Both the position numbers and the translations under genes were made by a program. Positions 1 to 10,871 of a stretch of 64,000 bases of DNA are shown piece by piece. This stretch comes from Deltaproteobacteria bacterium (lineage in GTDB: Bacteria; Desulfobacterota_D; UBA1144; Nemesobacterales; UBA2774). Location of the stretch: NCBI GenBank assembly GCA_029262275.1, contig JAJCZS010000033.1, positions 2,350 through 66,349 of the forward strand, in the 5' to 3' direction. Numbering within the stretch: position 1 is the stretch's first letter; the number at the start of each line of letters is the position of its first letter. The notes under the pieces are model-generated. The model was given only the letters and a program-made list of their open reading frames with translations, had not been told where the DNA came from and did not search any database.

Positions 1-160
1 TCTACTCGTGATTGCTTTACTCGCTGTAGGATTATTCGCATGGTGTTAATTGGGATCTTTTTTATATATAGGCAGGAAAAAAAATAGTGATATCTAATAA
101 GATATAATGAGGGAATAGACGAGTGCCCACTCCCCCAAGATTTATTGTCTTCTTAAATTA

Positions 161-367
161 CTACCCTTCTAAGATAAATGTAATTCTGATGTGAGTTCTG
201 TATTCTGCGACTTGGCCGTCTTCTCCAATTGAAGCATTCATCTTAGTAACTTCAATTCCTGTGAGGCCCCTTATGGTTTGATTAGCCCTATCGAGTGCAT
301 TTTGTACTGCATCATCCCAAGATTTCTCTGATGAACCTATAATCTCTGTTATTCTTGCTACAGCCAT
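161..367 (-). CDS. Dodecin-family small flavin-binding protein (68 aa)
   Basis: 68-aa ORF whose length and sequence pattern (EIIGSS...WDDAVQNAL..A.QT.RGL...EV....I..DG.V.EYR..I...F) match dodecin/DUF1458. Strong SD (AGGAGG) 8 nt upstream on the minus strand. Confidence 0.6.
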   Translation of the reverse strand: MAVARITEIIGSSEKSWDDAVQNALDRANQTIRGLTGIEVTKMNASIGEDGQVAEYRTHIRITFILEG

Positions 368-556
368 TTTACTTACCTCCTAGAGTGGATTTAACTGCTT
401 CAATATAACTATAATAACATCAATGTTATTTAGTCAAGATAAAAATGTTCAGAAATATCGGATTTTATTACACAAAATCGTGAAACATGATATAATCAAT
501 GTCCGAATAAATTTAATCACAAAAAAGATGCAATCTGAGTTGCCAGGAGGAACCCA

Positions 557-1699
557 ATGCCAATAGATTTTGAACTCACAGATGAACAACAAATGTTCAA
601 AGATACCATTAGAGATTTTGGCGAAAATGAGATAACGCCTCTAGTGGAAGATGCGGAGAATAATGAGAAGTTCCCAATTGAAATCTTCCCTAAATTAGGA
701 GAAATGGGATTCTTAGGAATTTCATTCCCTGAGGAATATGGAGGGGTGGATTTAGATAAAATTACGGAGTGTATATTTGCTGAAGAGATGGGACGTATAA
801 ACGCAGGTATAGCAATGTGCGTTAATGCTCATACCAGCCTCTCAATGATCCCAATCTTAAAAAATGGAAATGATGCACAAAAAGAAAAGTATTTGCTGCC
901 TGGAATTGAAGGCAAGATAATAGGTGCGTTAGGTCTTACAGAACCTGATGCTGGTTCTGACGCTAGAAGCATTAGAGCTACAGCAGTAAAGAAAGGTGAT
1001 AAGTATATTATCAATGGTACAAAGACCTGGATTACAAACGGCACAATGTGTGATTATGTAATTGTTGCTGCCTACACGGATAAAACAAAAAAAGGAACTG
1101 GCATTAGCTTATTTATTATTGATGCGGATGCTCCAGGTTTCACAGAGAAGAATAAGATCCATAAATTGGGTCACAGATCTGCCGATACAGCAGAGCTCGT
1201 TTTTGAAAACTGCGAAGTTCCTGAAGAAAATCTGCTTGTTGGAGAAGGCGGTTTTATGGGAGCTATGAATACTCTTCTTGGAGCTCGTATTACTCACGCT
1301 GCCAAATCTGTTGGACTAGCACAATCGGCTTTTGAATTTGCTCTTCAATACTCAAAAGAACGTGAGGCTTTCGGACGCACCATCTCTAAGTTTCAAGCTA
1401 TCAGCTTTAAGCTTGCACGGATGTCTGTACAAATAGAAACTGCAAGGCTTATGGTCTACAAAGCAGCTTGGCTCTACAGTAATGATAAGAATGCTCTTAA
1501 AGAAGCTTCCATGGCTAAACTGTATGCAGCAGAAGTTGTGCAGGATGTATGTACTGAAGCTGTTCAGGTGCTTGGTGGATATGGATACGGGGTCGAATTC
1601 CCAGTTGAAAGATATTATAGAGATGCCAAACTTGCATCTATTACTGAGGGAACTTCAGAAATCCAGCACGTTGTAATAGCACGTGAGCTAGGAATATAA
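557..1699 (+). CDS. Acyl-CoA dehydrogenase
   Basis: 380 aa with the typical ACAD three-domain layout and motifs (GxxGL(T/S)EPxAGSD, C-terminal YxGxxEIQ). AGGAGG SD upstream. Confidence 0.9.
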   Translation: MPIDFELTDEQQMFKDTIRDFGENEITPLVEDAENNEKFPIEIFPKLGEMGFLGISFPEEYGGVDLDKITECIFAEEMGRINAGIAMCVNAHTSLSMIPILKNGNDAQKEKYLLPGIEGKIIGALGLTEPDAGSDARSIRATAVKKGDKYIINGTKTWITNGTMCDYVIVAAYTDKTKKGTGISLFIIDADAPGFTEKNKIHKLGHRSADTAELVFENCEVPEENLLVGEGGFMGAMNTLLGARITHAAKSVGLAQSAFEFALQYSKEREAFGRTISKFQAISFKLARMSVQIETARLMVYKAAWLYSNDKNALKEASMAKLYAAEVVQDVCTEAVQVLGGYGYGVEFPVERYYRDAKLASITEGTSEIQHVVIARELGI

Positions 1700-1742
1700 C
1701 CAACTAAAAGTTTAGATTACCAAAAATAAAGAATATAAAAAA

Positions 1743-1777
1743 ACGGGGAAGCATCTAGTGATGCAACCCCGTATTTT
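1743..1777 (+). terminator. Rho-independent terminator after the acyl-CoA dehydrogenase
   Basis: Hairpin ACGGGG-(loop)-CCCCGT followed by a T7 run, immediately 3' of the stop at 1699. Confidence 0.6.
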
Positions 1778-1816
1778 TTTGTCTATTTTATGTTTTATAG
1801 ATCCAAAATCTTAGAC

Positions 1817-2014
1817 TTATGTCCAAGGTACTGACCCATCAGTAGAATCTGGGTCTCTAAATTTGAGCCATTTAGATGAATCATAATGAGCTGATGCGTA
1901 GCAAATAATAGCTGTTGTAGCTATAAGCTGTTCAGCTGTAGTTTTTGTCATGTCAGCTCTTTTTTTGATAATTGCCAGAATTGGATCTGGAATATTTATT
2001 GTTACTTCTGCCAT
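1817..2014 (-). CDS. Small ribbon-helix-helix-like protein (65 aa), hypothetical
   Basis: ORF with a strong SD (AGGAGG) 8 nt upstream, 25 bp downstream of the nitroreductase-family gene. N-terminus (VTINIPDPILAIIKKRAD..TTAEQLIATTAI) has a beta-strand/helix/helix pattern like CopG/RHH. Confidence 0.4.
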   Translation of the reverse strand: MAEVTINIPDPILAIIKKRADMTKTTAEQLIATTAIICYASAHYDSSKWLKFRDPDSTDGSVPWT

Positions 2015-2038
2015 TTTTAGAACCTCCTAATTTTATTT

Positions 2039-3067
2039 TTAGTCAGTGTCGCCGATACCTTTTTCTTCCCTGTACTTGTCGAGAACTTCTCTCTTAACTG
2101 TAGGTACAAGTTTGAAATCACTTTCTTGAGCACCTGCAGCGGAAGCTGCAACTTCTTCTGGTGACAACATATCAGGTTTGGTGTCGATGATGGTAACTGG
2201 ATCATTCATTTGTGATGGTCCAAGTTTCCAGTCTGTAAGAGCTTCTTCTCCAAGACCAAATCTTATTGTGAGTTTGTTGATCTCTTCTAGTCTTCCAGGT
2301 GTTGGTCCTGGCTCTTGAATCATTTTAAGTTCTTTTAATAGCTCAACTGTAGCAGCATCTCTTTCAAAAGGCTGTCCAACTTTACCTTTAAAGAACATAG
2401 TTTCAAAAGGAGGTCTTCCTCTTGTTCCTCCGCCGTCTAGATTCTCTGAAGGATAACCAACTGTCATCAGCCAGCAGAACACATATGAAGGTCCAAGATT
2501 AAATTTGTCCTTAACATTCCTTCTTGCTCCTCCGCTTGCTCCGTTTAGACAACATCCTAGGCCTAAGGCTGTAGCGGTAAGAATTGCGTTTTGAATAGCA
2601 TTACCTAAGTCAATGCATGCAAGTCTATGAAGAATGAAATCAGGTAGGATTGCAGGAAGTGGGAAAAGTCTGTTTACACGCTCGTATTCCCAACCGTGTG
2701 CTTTATCCAAAGCACCTGTTCTCATAAGGTCATGCAACTGCTGCCCTTGATAGTCATAAGCGGACATCTCGTAGCACCAGAAAATAAGAATCGGAGCCAT
2801 CTGTGTTGTAATCTGGCTCCAGTCTGAAATAAACTCCCAAATCTCAGGGTCTTCATCTCTGTAAACAACAATAGCTCTTTGTCCATTGAAGTTACCTGCT
2901 GAAGGTGCAACTCTTGCAGCCTCTAGCATAGCCTGAACTTTCCATCTTTCTACAGGCTTATTTGGTTCATACCATCTAATTGATCTCCTCAAACCTATAG
3001 CGTCAAATGTATCAAGAACATTTACTTCGCTAGCCTGAGGAAGACCGTCTGTAATTAAATCACTCAT
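2039..3067 (-). CDS. Nitroreductase-family protein with long C-terminal extension
   Basis: Contains the nitroreductase signature LRRSIRWYEP near the N-terminus and a Gly-rich dimer-interface region. At 342 aa it is longer than the typical ~200-aa nitroreductase. Confidence 0.6.
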   Translation of the reverse strand: MSDLITDGLPQASEVNVLDTFDAIGLRRSIRWYEPNKPVERWKVQAMLEAARVAPSAGNFNGQRAIVVYRDEDPEIWEFISDWSQITTQMAPILIFWCYEMSAYDYQGQQLHDLMRTGALDKAHGWEYERVNRLFPLPAILPDFILHRLACIDLGNAIQNAILTATALGLGCCLNGASGGARRNVKDKFNLGPSYVFCWLMTVGYPSENLDGGGTRGRPPFETMFFKGKVGQPFERDAATVELLKELKMIQEPGPTPGRLEEINKLTIRFGLGEEALTDWKLGPSQMNDPVTIIDTKPDMLSPEEVAASAAGAQESDFKLVPTVKREVLDKYREEKGIGDTD

Positions 3068-3365
3068 TTTGGCCTCCTAATTCGTTAATTTTTTCTAACC
3101 AGACAGTCTAGGATAATATTATTTTAGAGGAAAAAAGTCAAGTGATTTCTGCAATTAGCAATCAATTTTGTAAAATTTAATGTCACAGCAATTTCCACTC
3201 TATATAAACTCAATCTAGCTCAAGACTTATTTGAGTCCGAATTGTGACATTATATCTTGCCTAAAATCACGCCAAAACTCTTAGATTATTTGATAAATTA
3301 GGGGTTGAAATCCAACGATTCATTGCTATTTTAAACTTATATGATTTAACAGGAGGTATATAACA

Positions 3366-5981
3366 ATGAAATTTGACAAATTGACAATAAAAGCACAAGA
3401 AGCATTAGCAGAAGGACAATCTTTAGCACAGGAAAGCAACAATCAGGTAGTGGATATACCGCACGTACTTATTGCCCTTTTGGCTGAGGACGGTATTCCG
3501 GGTCAAGTAATTGCAAAACTCGGAGCTAATCTAAATGCAGTCCGAGGGCTAGCTCAGGATGAGGTAGGCAAGCTTCCTAAAGTTCAGGGAGACAATGATC
3601 AGGTGTATCTGAGCCGTGAGCTTAGCAAGGCTTTTAAAACTGCCGAGAAAGAGGCTAAGTCACTTGGAGACGAGTATCTAAGCACAGAGCATTTGCTGCT
3701 TGGTATCGTGCAGGATTCCACTGGCGAGTTGAAAAATGAGCTAAAAAGGCTTGGCATTACCCGTGACAGTATCTTGAAAGTTCTCAAGGACGTTCGTGGT
3801 AATCAGAATGTCACATCGCAGTCCCCTGAGGACACAATGCAGTCGCTTAAACAATTTGGAAAGGACTTCACAGAGCTTGCTCGTCAGGGAAAAATTGACC
3901 CTGTGATCGGACGAGATGATGAGATCAGGCGAGTAATACAGGTTTTATCTAGAAGAACCAAAAATAACCCTGTACTTATTGGTGAGCCTGGCGTGGGTAA
4001 AACTGCTATAGCCGAGGGGCTTGCGCAGAGGATCGTAAATGGCGATGTGCCTGATGGGCTTTTAAACAAGCAGCTTATCTCTCTTGATATAGGGGCATTA
4101 GTTGCCGGAGCTAAATACAGAGGGCAATTTGAAGAGCGCTTAAAAGCAGTTCTTAAAGAAGTGACTGATTCAGACGGTCAGGTCATTCTCTTTATAGATG
4201 AGATCCATACAGTTGTGGGTGCTGGAGCTACTGAAGGCGCTATGGACGCTTCAAATATGCTAAAGCCAGCGCTTGCGCGTGGAGAGCTTCACTGTATTGG
4301 TGCAACTACGCTTGACGAGTTTAGAAAATATATTGAAAAAGATGCAGCACTTGAGAGGCGTTTTCAGCAGGTGTTTGTGGATGAGCCTTCAGTTGAAGAG
4401 ACAATCTCAATTCTGCGTGGGCTAAAAGAAAAGTACGAAGTCCATCACGGAGTAAAAATTAAGGATGAGGCTCTAATTGCAGCCGGCGTGCTATCAAACC
4501 GCTATATCACAGGAAGGTTTTTACCTGACAAAGCAGTTGATTTGATAGATGAAGCTGCTGCAAAGCTAAAGATGGAAATTGATTCCATGCCTACTGAGAT
4601 TGATGAAATCGAGAGGCGCATTATGCAGCTTGAGATTGAACGCGAAGCCCTTAAAAAAGAAAAGGACGCAGGTTCTAAAGAAAAGCTAACTGCTATTGAA
4701 GAGAGTATCGCAAATTTGAAAGAAGAGTCCGACACTCTTAAGACACATTGGAAGCGTGAAAAAGAACACATTACTAAAATAAGAGGTGCCAAAGAGGAAA
4801 TAGATCAACTCAGATCTGATGCCGAAAAGGCTCAGCGTGAAGGGGATCTTTCAACCGCATCTGAACTTTTGTATGGACAGCTTCCTGATCTTGAAGAGAA
4901 AGTTGAGAAGTTGAGCAAAGAACTTACAGAGATTCAAAAAGATAAAAAAATGTTAAAAGAAGAAGTCGATGCAGATGACATAGCATCAATTGTGGCTAAA
5001 TGGACTGGGGTTCCAGTGACCAGGCTTCTAGAAGGCGAAGTTGAGAAGCTCATTCACATGGAAGACAGACTTCATGATCGTGTTATTGGACAAGACGATC
5101 CTATAACATCTGTATCAAATGCGCTTAGGCGCTCTCGTGCAGGATTGTCTGATCCGAACAGACCGATCGGCTCATTCTTATTCCTGGGCCCTACTGGTGT
5201 TGGTAAAACAGAGCTTGCAAGAGCGCTTGCAGAGTTTATGTTCGATGATGAGCACGCGATGGTGCGGATCGATATGAGTGAATATATGGAAAAGCACACA
5301 GTTTCTAGATTAGTCGGTGCGCCTCCAGGGTACGTGGGTTATGAGGAAGGCGGTCAGCTCTCAGAGGCTGTTAGAAGGCGGCCCTACTCTGTCATTCTTT
5401 TTGACGAGATAGAGAAAGCTCACTCAGATGTGTTTAATGTGCTTCTTCAGATTTTAGATGACGGTCGTCTAACAGATGGTCAAGGGCGAACAGTAGATTT
5501 CAAGAATGCGATCATAATAATGACCTCAAACCTTGGCTCTGAGTACATTCAGGAGTATGTAGATAGACCTGAGACCATGGCCGAGAGGGTTATGGAGGTA
5601 GTACAAGCCTCATTTAGGCCTGAGTTCTTAAACAGGATTGATGAGACGATCATATTTAAGTCTCTAGGGCTTGATGAGATCAAGAAAATCGTCAATATTC
5701 AGATCGATCACCTAGCTCACAGGCTTGAAGAGCGCAATATAAGCCTAGAATTGACTGATTCTGCTAAGGAAATGGTAGCAGAGAGTGGTTATGACCCTGT
5801 TTATGGTGCTAGACCACTAAAGCGGACGATTCAGAAGCTTATACAGGATCCTTTGGCAACCGAGATCCTTAAAGGCGATTTTAAAGACGGAGATCATGTG
5901 GTTGTGGATACAGATAAAGACAACAAACTAATCTTGGGTAAAGACGTTAAAACCAAGAAGAAAAAAGCAGCAAACGAATAA
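3366..5981 (+). CDS. clpB: ATP-dependent chaperone ClpB
   Basis: 871 aa with two AAA+ modules (GEPGVGKT and GPTGVGKT Walker A motifs), a middle coiled-coil and a Clp N-domain. SD AGGAGG upstream. Confidence 0.95.
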   Translation: MKFDKLTIKAQEALAEGQSLAQESNNQVVDIPHVLIALLAEDGIPGQVIAKLGANLNAVRGLAQDEVGKLPKVQGDNDQVYLSRELSKAFKTAEKEAKSLGDEYLSTEHLLLGIVQDSTGELKNELKRLGITRDSILKVLKDVRGNQNVTSQSPEDTMQSLKQFGKDFTELARQGKIDPVIGRDDEIRRVIQVLSRRTKNNPVLIGEPGVGKTAIAEGLAQRIVNGDVPDGLLNKQLISLDIGALVAGAKYRGQFEERLKAVLKEVTDSDGQVILFIDEIHTVVGAGATEGAMDASNMLKPALARGELHCIGATTLDEFRKYIEKDAALERRFQQVFVDEPSVEETISILRGLKEKYEVHHGVKIKDEALIAAGVLSNRYITGRFLPDKAVDLIDEAAAKLKMEIDSMPTEIDEIERRIMQLEIEREALKKEKDAGSKEKLTAIEESIANLKEESDTLKTHWKREKEHITKIRGAKEEIDQLRSDAEKAQREGDLSTASELLYGQLPDLEEKVEKLSKELTEIQKDKKMLKEEVDADDIASIVAKWTGVPVTRLLEGEVEKLIHMEDRLHDRVIGQDDPITSVSNALRRSRAGLSDPNRPIGSFLFLGPTGVGKTELARALAEFMFDDEHAMVRIDMSEYMEKHTVSRLVGAPPGYVGYEEGGQLSEAVRRRPYSVILFDEIEKAHSDVFNVLLQILDDGRLTDGQGRTVDFKNAIIIMTSNLGSEYIQEYVDRPETMAERVMEVVQASFRPEFLNRIDETIIFKSLGLDEIKKIVNIQIDHLAHRLEERNISLELTDSAKEMVAESGYDPVYGARPLKRTIQKLIQDPLATEILKGDFKDGDHVVVDTDKDNKLILGKDVKTKKKKAANE

Positions 5982-5988
5982 TCACCTA

Positions 5989-6027
5989 AAGGCGCTTGTT
6001 TAGAGATAAACGGCGCCTTTTTTCTTT
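5989..6027 (+). terminator. Rho-independent terminator after clpB
   Basis: AGGCGC-(loop)-GGCGCC hairpin followed by a TTTTTTCTTTT run, directly after the clpB stop. Confidence 0.65.
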
Positions 6028-6156
6028 TAGTTTAAGCAGAATATAAGTCATACTTAAATGTTTGCTACAGATATATTGCTACAATTACTTAGCTTTTATG
6101 TATAACTCTCTATATACAAATAATATTTTATATGAAAGATGAAGATATTTGAGATT

Positions 6157-6885
6157 TTAGATGGTTGAGATAGATTCTACTATTTTATCTACAATTCCTT
6201 CTGGGTTTTGGGCTTCTGTGATAGCTCTGCCTATAACTAGGTAGTCTGCACCTTTGGAAACTGCTTCTGCTGGAGTGGTTACCCTCTTTTGGTCATGATT
6301 ATCTGTTCCGGGACGTATTCCAGGCACTACAAGACTAAATCTGTCTCCGAATTCCTTCCTTAAAGCTTCTACTTCAACTCCTGAGCATACAAGACCGTCA
6401 ACATTAGCTTTTTCAGCCAATTGTGCAAGGTTCATAACGGTATCCTGAGTGGAGGTGGATATGCCTATCTGTTCTAGGCTCTTTTTATCGTGGCTAGTTA
6501 GAACCGTAACGCCCAAAACCAGAGGTTTTGGGTAAGAAAGTTTCTCAGCCTCTTCTTTTACGGCATCTGAGACGCTTTTCATCATATCGAAGCCGCCTAA
6601 TGTGTGGATTGTGAACATATTTGCTCCAAAACGCACTGCTTGACGGGCTGTTTTCTCTACAGTTGATGGAATATCGTGGAATTTTAGGTCTAAAAAGATG
6701 TTTGCACCTAAATTTGAGAACTCTTTAAGACCTTCAGATCCCGAATTTAAGAAAAGTATGGGTCCAACCTTAAAAGTTTTTATTTTGCTTCTTAGTTTCT
6801 CGACCCAATTTATAGCAATTTCGTGCTCTGGAAAGTCTAGAGCGAGGATAATTCTTTCTTCAGGTTGTAGTTTAGGTCTTATCAT
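6157..6885 (-). CDS. pyrF: Orotidine 5'-phosphate decarboxylase
   Basis: Motifs ILALD...DLKFHDIP and a C-terminal GADYLVIGRAI are typical of PyrF. Confidence 0.85.
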   Translation of the reverse strand: MIRPKLQPEERIILALDFPEHEIAINWVEKLRSKIKTFKVGPILFLNSGSEGLKEFSNLGANIFLDLKFHDIPSTVEKTARQAVRFGANMFTIHTLGGFDMMKSVSDAVKEEAEKLSYPKPLVLGVTVLTSHDKKSLEQIGISTSTQDTVMNLAQLAEKANVDGLVCSGVEVEALRKEFGDRFSLVVPGIRPGTDNHDQKRVTTPAEAVSKGADYLVIGRAITEAQNPEGIVDKIVESISTI

Positions 6886-6924
6886 AACTTAATGTTACAC
6901 TTTAAGCGCATTATTTGTTTAGTA

Positions 6925-8643
6925 TCAGTCAATTGACTTTAATAGCTCTTGAACTTCATTAACTACAGCTTTAAGTTTTATATTGCGCGAATCGCCTGTT
7001 TTTCTAACCTTAACCTCGGCCTCCCCTTCCTTAATTGTCCTTGGGCCAACTGATACAATGATTGGTACTCCAATGAGCTCTGCATCCTTGAATTTAAACC
7101 CAGGTCCTACATCTCGGTCATCAATGATCGCCTCATATCCAGCTTCTATGAGCTCCGAATAAATCCGCTCAGACTCAGACATTATCTCTTCGTCTTTAAT
7201 CTTGAGTGGAAGAACCGTAACTTCAAAGGGAGCAAGAGCCTTAGGAAATTTCATCCCGCTTTCATCATGATTCTGTTCAATTGCTGCTGCAACCGTACGT
7301 CCTATCCCAATTCCGTAGCATCCCATGATAAAGGGCTTCTCTTTTCCGTCTGAGTCAACAAAAGTGGCCTTCATAGCCTCACTATACTTAGTTCCAAGCA
7401 TAAATACATGCCCTACTTCGATTCCTCTAGTGGAACTGAGAGTACCGCCGTCACATTTGGGACATTTATCCCCGTCTGAAGCTACTCTGATATCAAAAAA
7501 CTCTTTTACCTCGTAATCTTTACCCAAATCTACATTAATTATGTGATAATCCTTTTTATTGGCTCCGGTTACTGATGTTCCCATACTACTAACAGATATA
7601 TCCGCTACTTTTCTGATATTCAGTCCAACTGGGCCGCTAAAGCCCATAGGACCACCTGTAACTTCTTGAATTACATCTGGAGTAGCGAGCTCAACTATCT
7701 CAGCTCCTAAGTATTTCCTAAGTTTTGTAAGACTTAACTCGTGATCCCCTCTAACAAGAGCTGCTGTAGGTTTTCCATCTACTTCAACTATCATAGTTTT
7801 TATTAGATTAGAAGGAGTTACATTTAAATGTTGAGCAACTTCTTCAACTGTCTTCAAGTTAGGTGTATGGACTTCTTCTACAGATTCTGAAGACTGTTTT
7901 GACTCGGTTTGAGAGCCATCTTGTCCGCCTATCTCTGCAAGCTCTAAATTAGCAGCATAATCACATTTATCACAACTCATGATTATATCTTCCCCAGTTG
8001 GGGCTAGCACCATGAATTCGTGTGAGAAATTACCGCCTATGTTACCCGTATCAGCTAAAACAGCTCTAAATTCAAGGCCACAGCGCTTAAATATGCGAGT
8101 ATAGGCCTCATACATTGCCCAATAGGACTTCTCAGCTCCTTCAACCGTCGCGTCAAAGCTATAGGCGTCCTTCATTATGAACTCACGGGCACGCATAACA
8201 CCAAAACGCGGGCGAATTTCGTCTCTAAACTTGGTCTGTATTTGATAAAGATTCACAGGAAGCTGCTTATATGAGCTTATATCACGCCTAACAATGTCTG
8301 TTATTATCTCTTCGTGCGTGGGTCCAATGCAAAATTCTCTGTCTGCACGGTCTTTGAAACGAAGCAGCTCTTTGCCATAGTAGTTCCATCTACCGCTTTC
8401 TTCCCACAGCTCTGCAGGCAAAACAGCAGGCATAAGAAGCTCTACGGCACCCGCCCTGTTCATCTCTTCCCGTACAATTTGCTCAACTTTACCTATAGAG
8501 CGTAGCCCTAGGGGTAAATAGTTATAGATCCCAGCAGCAAGTTTTCTAATCATGCCGCCTCTGATCATGAGCTTATGGCTTACGACCTCGGCATCAGCCG
8601 GGTCTTCTTTTAATGTTGGTATAAAATAGTTTGAATATCTCAT
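6925..8643 (-). CDS. proS: Proline--tRNA ligase
   Basis: 572 aa. N-terminal class II aaRS motifs matching bacterial ProRS (MIRGGMIR..., editing-domain insertion, C-terminal anticodon-binding domain). Confidence 0.92.
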   Translation of the reverse strand: MRYSNYFIPTLKEDPADAEVVSHKLMIRGGMIRKLAAGIYNYLPLGLRSIGKVEQIVREEMNRAGAVELLMPAVLPAELWEESGRWNYYGKELLRFKDRADREFCIGPTHEEIITDIVRRDISSYKQLPVNLYQIQTKFRDEIRPRFGVMRAREFIMKDAYSFDATVEGAEKSYWAMYEAYTRIFKRCGLEFRAVLADTGNIGGNFSHEFMVLAPTGEDIIMSCDKCDYAANLELAEIGGQDGSQTESKQSSESVEEVHTPNLKTVEEVAQHLNVTPSNLIKTMIVEVDGKPTAALVRGDHELSLTKLRKYLGAEIVELATPDVIQEVTGGPMGFSGPVGLNIRKVADISVSSMGTSVTGANKKDYHIINVDLGKDYEVKEFFDIRVASDGDKCPKCDGGTLSSTRGIEVGHVFMLGTKYSEAMKATFVDSDGKEKPFIMGCYGIGIGRTVAAAIEQNHDESGMKFPKALAPFEVTVLPLKIKDEEIMSESERIYSELIEAGYEAIIDDRDVGPGFKFKDAELIGVPIIVSVGPRTIKEGEAEVKVRKTGDSRNIKLKAVVNEVQELLKSID

Positions 8644-8838
8644 TATCGTTTCCTAAGCGGAATAAATTACCGATTCCTCGTCTAAAAGCAATATTATGCC
8701 ATATTGTGGTGATATGAATAAGTTGTTGACCTGAGTGAACCCCTAGTTATTCTATTTAACAAAATTATCCACTGAATCAGACAGCGGCTTTTCTCATCTA
8801 ATTAGTAATTTGATTCTAAGTCGGAGGGTTACATCAAT

Positions 8839-9501
8839 ATGGAAACAGGTGTTTTTGAACTAATACAAAAAGGCGGGTTTTTTGTTTATCCCATTATTCT
8901 CTGCTCTATTGTAGGGCTTGCAATTTTCTTGCAGAAAATGTGGATACTGCGCTCAAAGAACATTATTCCAGAGCTATTTTTAGAGCAATTATATAGCTTC
9001 TTATCACAGGGAAAGTTAGGAGAAGCTGAGGTTTATGCGAGGGCTAACAATTCATCAATTTCTAGGATAGCTTTGGCAGCGCTCGAAAACTCACACAAAC
9101 CCAAAGAAGAACTCAGAGAAGAGATTGAAGAGGCAGGGAGAAAAGAGACCCTTGAGCTTATGAGATACACAGAGGGTTTGGGAACTATTAGTAGTGTCTC
9201 AACTTTGCTTGGGCTACTTGGAACTATCTCTGGTATGATCAAAATTTTTAAGGTTATTGCAGACAAACCTATTGTTAATCCTCCAGAGCTTGCAGGTGGA
9301 ATTTCAGAGGCTCTCTACACTACAGCTTTTGGTCTTCTTGTAGCAATCCCCGCTTTTATCGCATACAAGTACATTGTTGGAAGAGCAGATGAGCTTATCT
9401 CTCTTATGGAAGAAGAAGGGAGAAAGATTATGGAATATGTAATTGTCTGCAAGCAAAATGATAACCCACCATCAGCTGATACAAAGGGTATGTTTGGATG
9501 A
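8839..9501 (+). CDS. MotA/TolQ/ExbB family proton-channel protein
   Basis: 220 aa, three TM helices, conserved C-terminal region (GLLGTISGMI...AFGLLVAIPA) typical of ExbB/TolQ. 4-bp overlap with the downstream ExbD-like gene. Confidence 0.8.
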   Translation: METGVFELIQKGGFFVYPIILCSIVGLAIFLQKMWILRSKNIIPELFLEQLYSFLSQGKLGEAEVYARANNSSISRIALAALENSHKPKEELREEIEEAGRKETLELMRYTEGLGTISSVSTLLGLLGTISGMIKIFKVIADKPIVNPPELAGGISEALYTTAFGLLVAIPAFIAYKYIVGRADELISLMEEEGRKIMEYVIVCKQNDNPPSADTKGMFG

Positions 9502-9932
9502 GATTTAGAAAACAAAAAAATGGGAAAGCAGGATCAGGGGCAACTCTAGATTTAACCCCTGTAGTAGATGTGGTATTTAATCTGCTCATATTCTTTGCTC
9601 TCTCTTTAAACTTTGCTGCAACATCAGGAGGAATAAACGTAAAACTGCCTTCTGCAAGCTCGGCTGAGCCTGTAAAAACAGAGCAGCTGACTATAAACCT
9701 TACACAAGCTGGCCAAGTATATTATAATGATAAAGAAATTAAGATTGACGATCTCTCCTCTAAGCTTGAGAGTATAGAAGATAAGGATTCTATTGTTATT
9801 ATAAGAGCTGACAACACAGTACCTCACGGACAGGTGGTTGAGGTAATGGACATCGTGAAGACTGAGGGGTTTTCTAAGCTTGCTATAGCCGTGGACCAAG
9901 CTGCGGGTTCTATTGACAGCAAAGATAATTAG
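9498..9932 (+). CDS. ExbD/TolR family biopolymer transport protein
   Basis: 144 aa, single N-terminal TM (LTPVVDVVFNLLIFF) plus a periplasmic domain. Translationally coupled to the ExbB-like gene. Confidence 0.8.
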   Translation: MRFRKQKNGKAGSGATLDLTPVVDVVFNLLIFFALSLNFAATSGGINVKLPSASSAEPVKTEQLTINLTQAGQVYYNDKEIKIDDLSSKLESIEDKDSIVIIRADNTVPHGQVVEVMDIVKTEGFSKLAIAVDQAAGSIDSKDN

Positions 9933-9947
9933 CAAGGCAATCTCACT

Positions 9948-10871
9948 TTGAAATATTTATCCTTCCTAAACAGCTTAGTTACAAATTTCTTTACATTCTG
10001 GATTATTCTTTTCTCAGCAATAGCATACTTACACCCTTCTCACTTTGAGGGTCTTAGGACTCTGATTGTCCCAACGCTTGGGGTAATAATGTTTGGGATG
10101 GGAGTCACTCTAACTGTCTCTGATTTCAAAAGAGTCATCTTAAGACCTAAAGACATAGGTGTGGGAGTTATTACTCAGTACACCCTAATGCCTTTTCTTG
10201 GTTTCGCATTGGCAAAAATGTTTGGATTAGACCCTCTGCTAGCGGCAGGAGTGGTGCTTGTGGGTTCATGTCCGGGTGGTACTTCATCAAATGTAATCAC
10301 TTATCTTGCGCGTGGAGATGTTGCATTTTCTGTAACAATGACCTCTGTCTCTACAATCATTTCTCCTATCATGCTTCCATTTCTTATGTACGTGTATGCC
10401 GGACAGTGGATAGATGTTCCGGTCTTAAAACTATTTATCTCGACTATACAAATAATCCTTCTCCCTGTGGGTTTGGGCTTAATTTTTAGAATGCTGATAA
10501 AAGACAAGATTAAATATGTATTACCCATATTGCCCTCTGTTTCATCAGCCGCGATTATTTTTATAGTAGCGGTTATAGTAGCTGCCAACTCGCAGTCTAT
10601 TGCGACAGTAGGTTTACTGGTTGCTATAGTTGCAATCATTCATAACATTTTAGGTTTTTCTATAGGTTACTGGGTTGCAAGGTTTTTTGGGATGGATGTT
10701 ACTCGGGCGCGTGCAGTATCCATAGAAATAGGAATGCAGAATTCGGGATTAGCCGTTGCACTGGCAAATACTTTTTTTGGAACCCTTGCAGCGCTTCCTG
10801 GAGCTATTTTTAGTGTGTGGATGAACATATCAGGCTCTGCTCTTGCCTGGTGGTGGCGAAGGAGTTCATAA
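9948..10871 (+). CDS. Bile acid:sodium symporter (BASS) family transporter
   Basis: 307 aa polytopic protein with BASS-like motifs (GLDPLLAAGVVLVGSCPGGTSSNV). Confidence 0.7.
   Translation: MKYLSFLNSLVTNFFTFWIILFSAIAYLHPSHFEGLRTLIVPTLGVIMFGMGVTLTVSDFKRVILRPKDIGVGVITQYTLMPFLGFALAKMFGLDPLLAAGVVLVGSCPGGTSSNVITYLARGDVAFSVTMTSVSTIISPIMLPFLMYVYAGQWIDVPVLKLFISTIQIILLPVGLGLIFRMLIKDKIKYVLPILPSVSSAAIIFIVAVIVAANSQSIATVGLLVAIVAIIHNILGFSIGYWVARFFGMDVTRARAVSIEIGMQNSGLAVALANTFFGTLAALPGAIFSVWMNISGSALAWWWRRSS

Noticed and set aside
2-49. Possible 3' end of a plus-strand gene encoding a C-terminal hydrophobic helix (LLVIALLAVGLFAWC*) entering from upstream of the window
   Set aside because: Only 16 codons are visible. 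It cannot be distinguished from chance.
1062-1297. Short ORFs on both strands inside the acyl-CoA dehydrogenase gene (1062-1268 +, 1109-1297 -, 829-1044 -, 1482-1676 +)
   Set aside because: They are fully embedded in a well-supported 380-aa CDS with strong family motifs. They are typical alternative-frame and antisense artefacts.
3068-3365. TTGAAA-N16-TATTTT promoter-like element, plus a check for a CIRCE/sigma-32 heat-shock promoter upstream of clpB
   Set aside because: No CIRCE inverted repeat (TTAGCACTC-N9-GAGTGCTAA). No convincing CCCCATNT -10 element. The promoter call would be guesswork.
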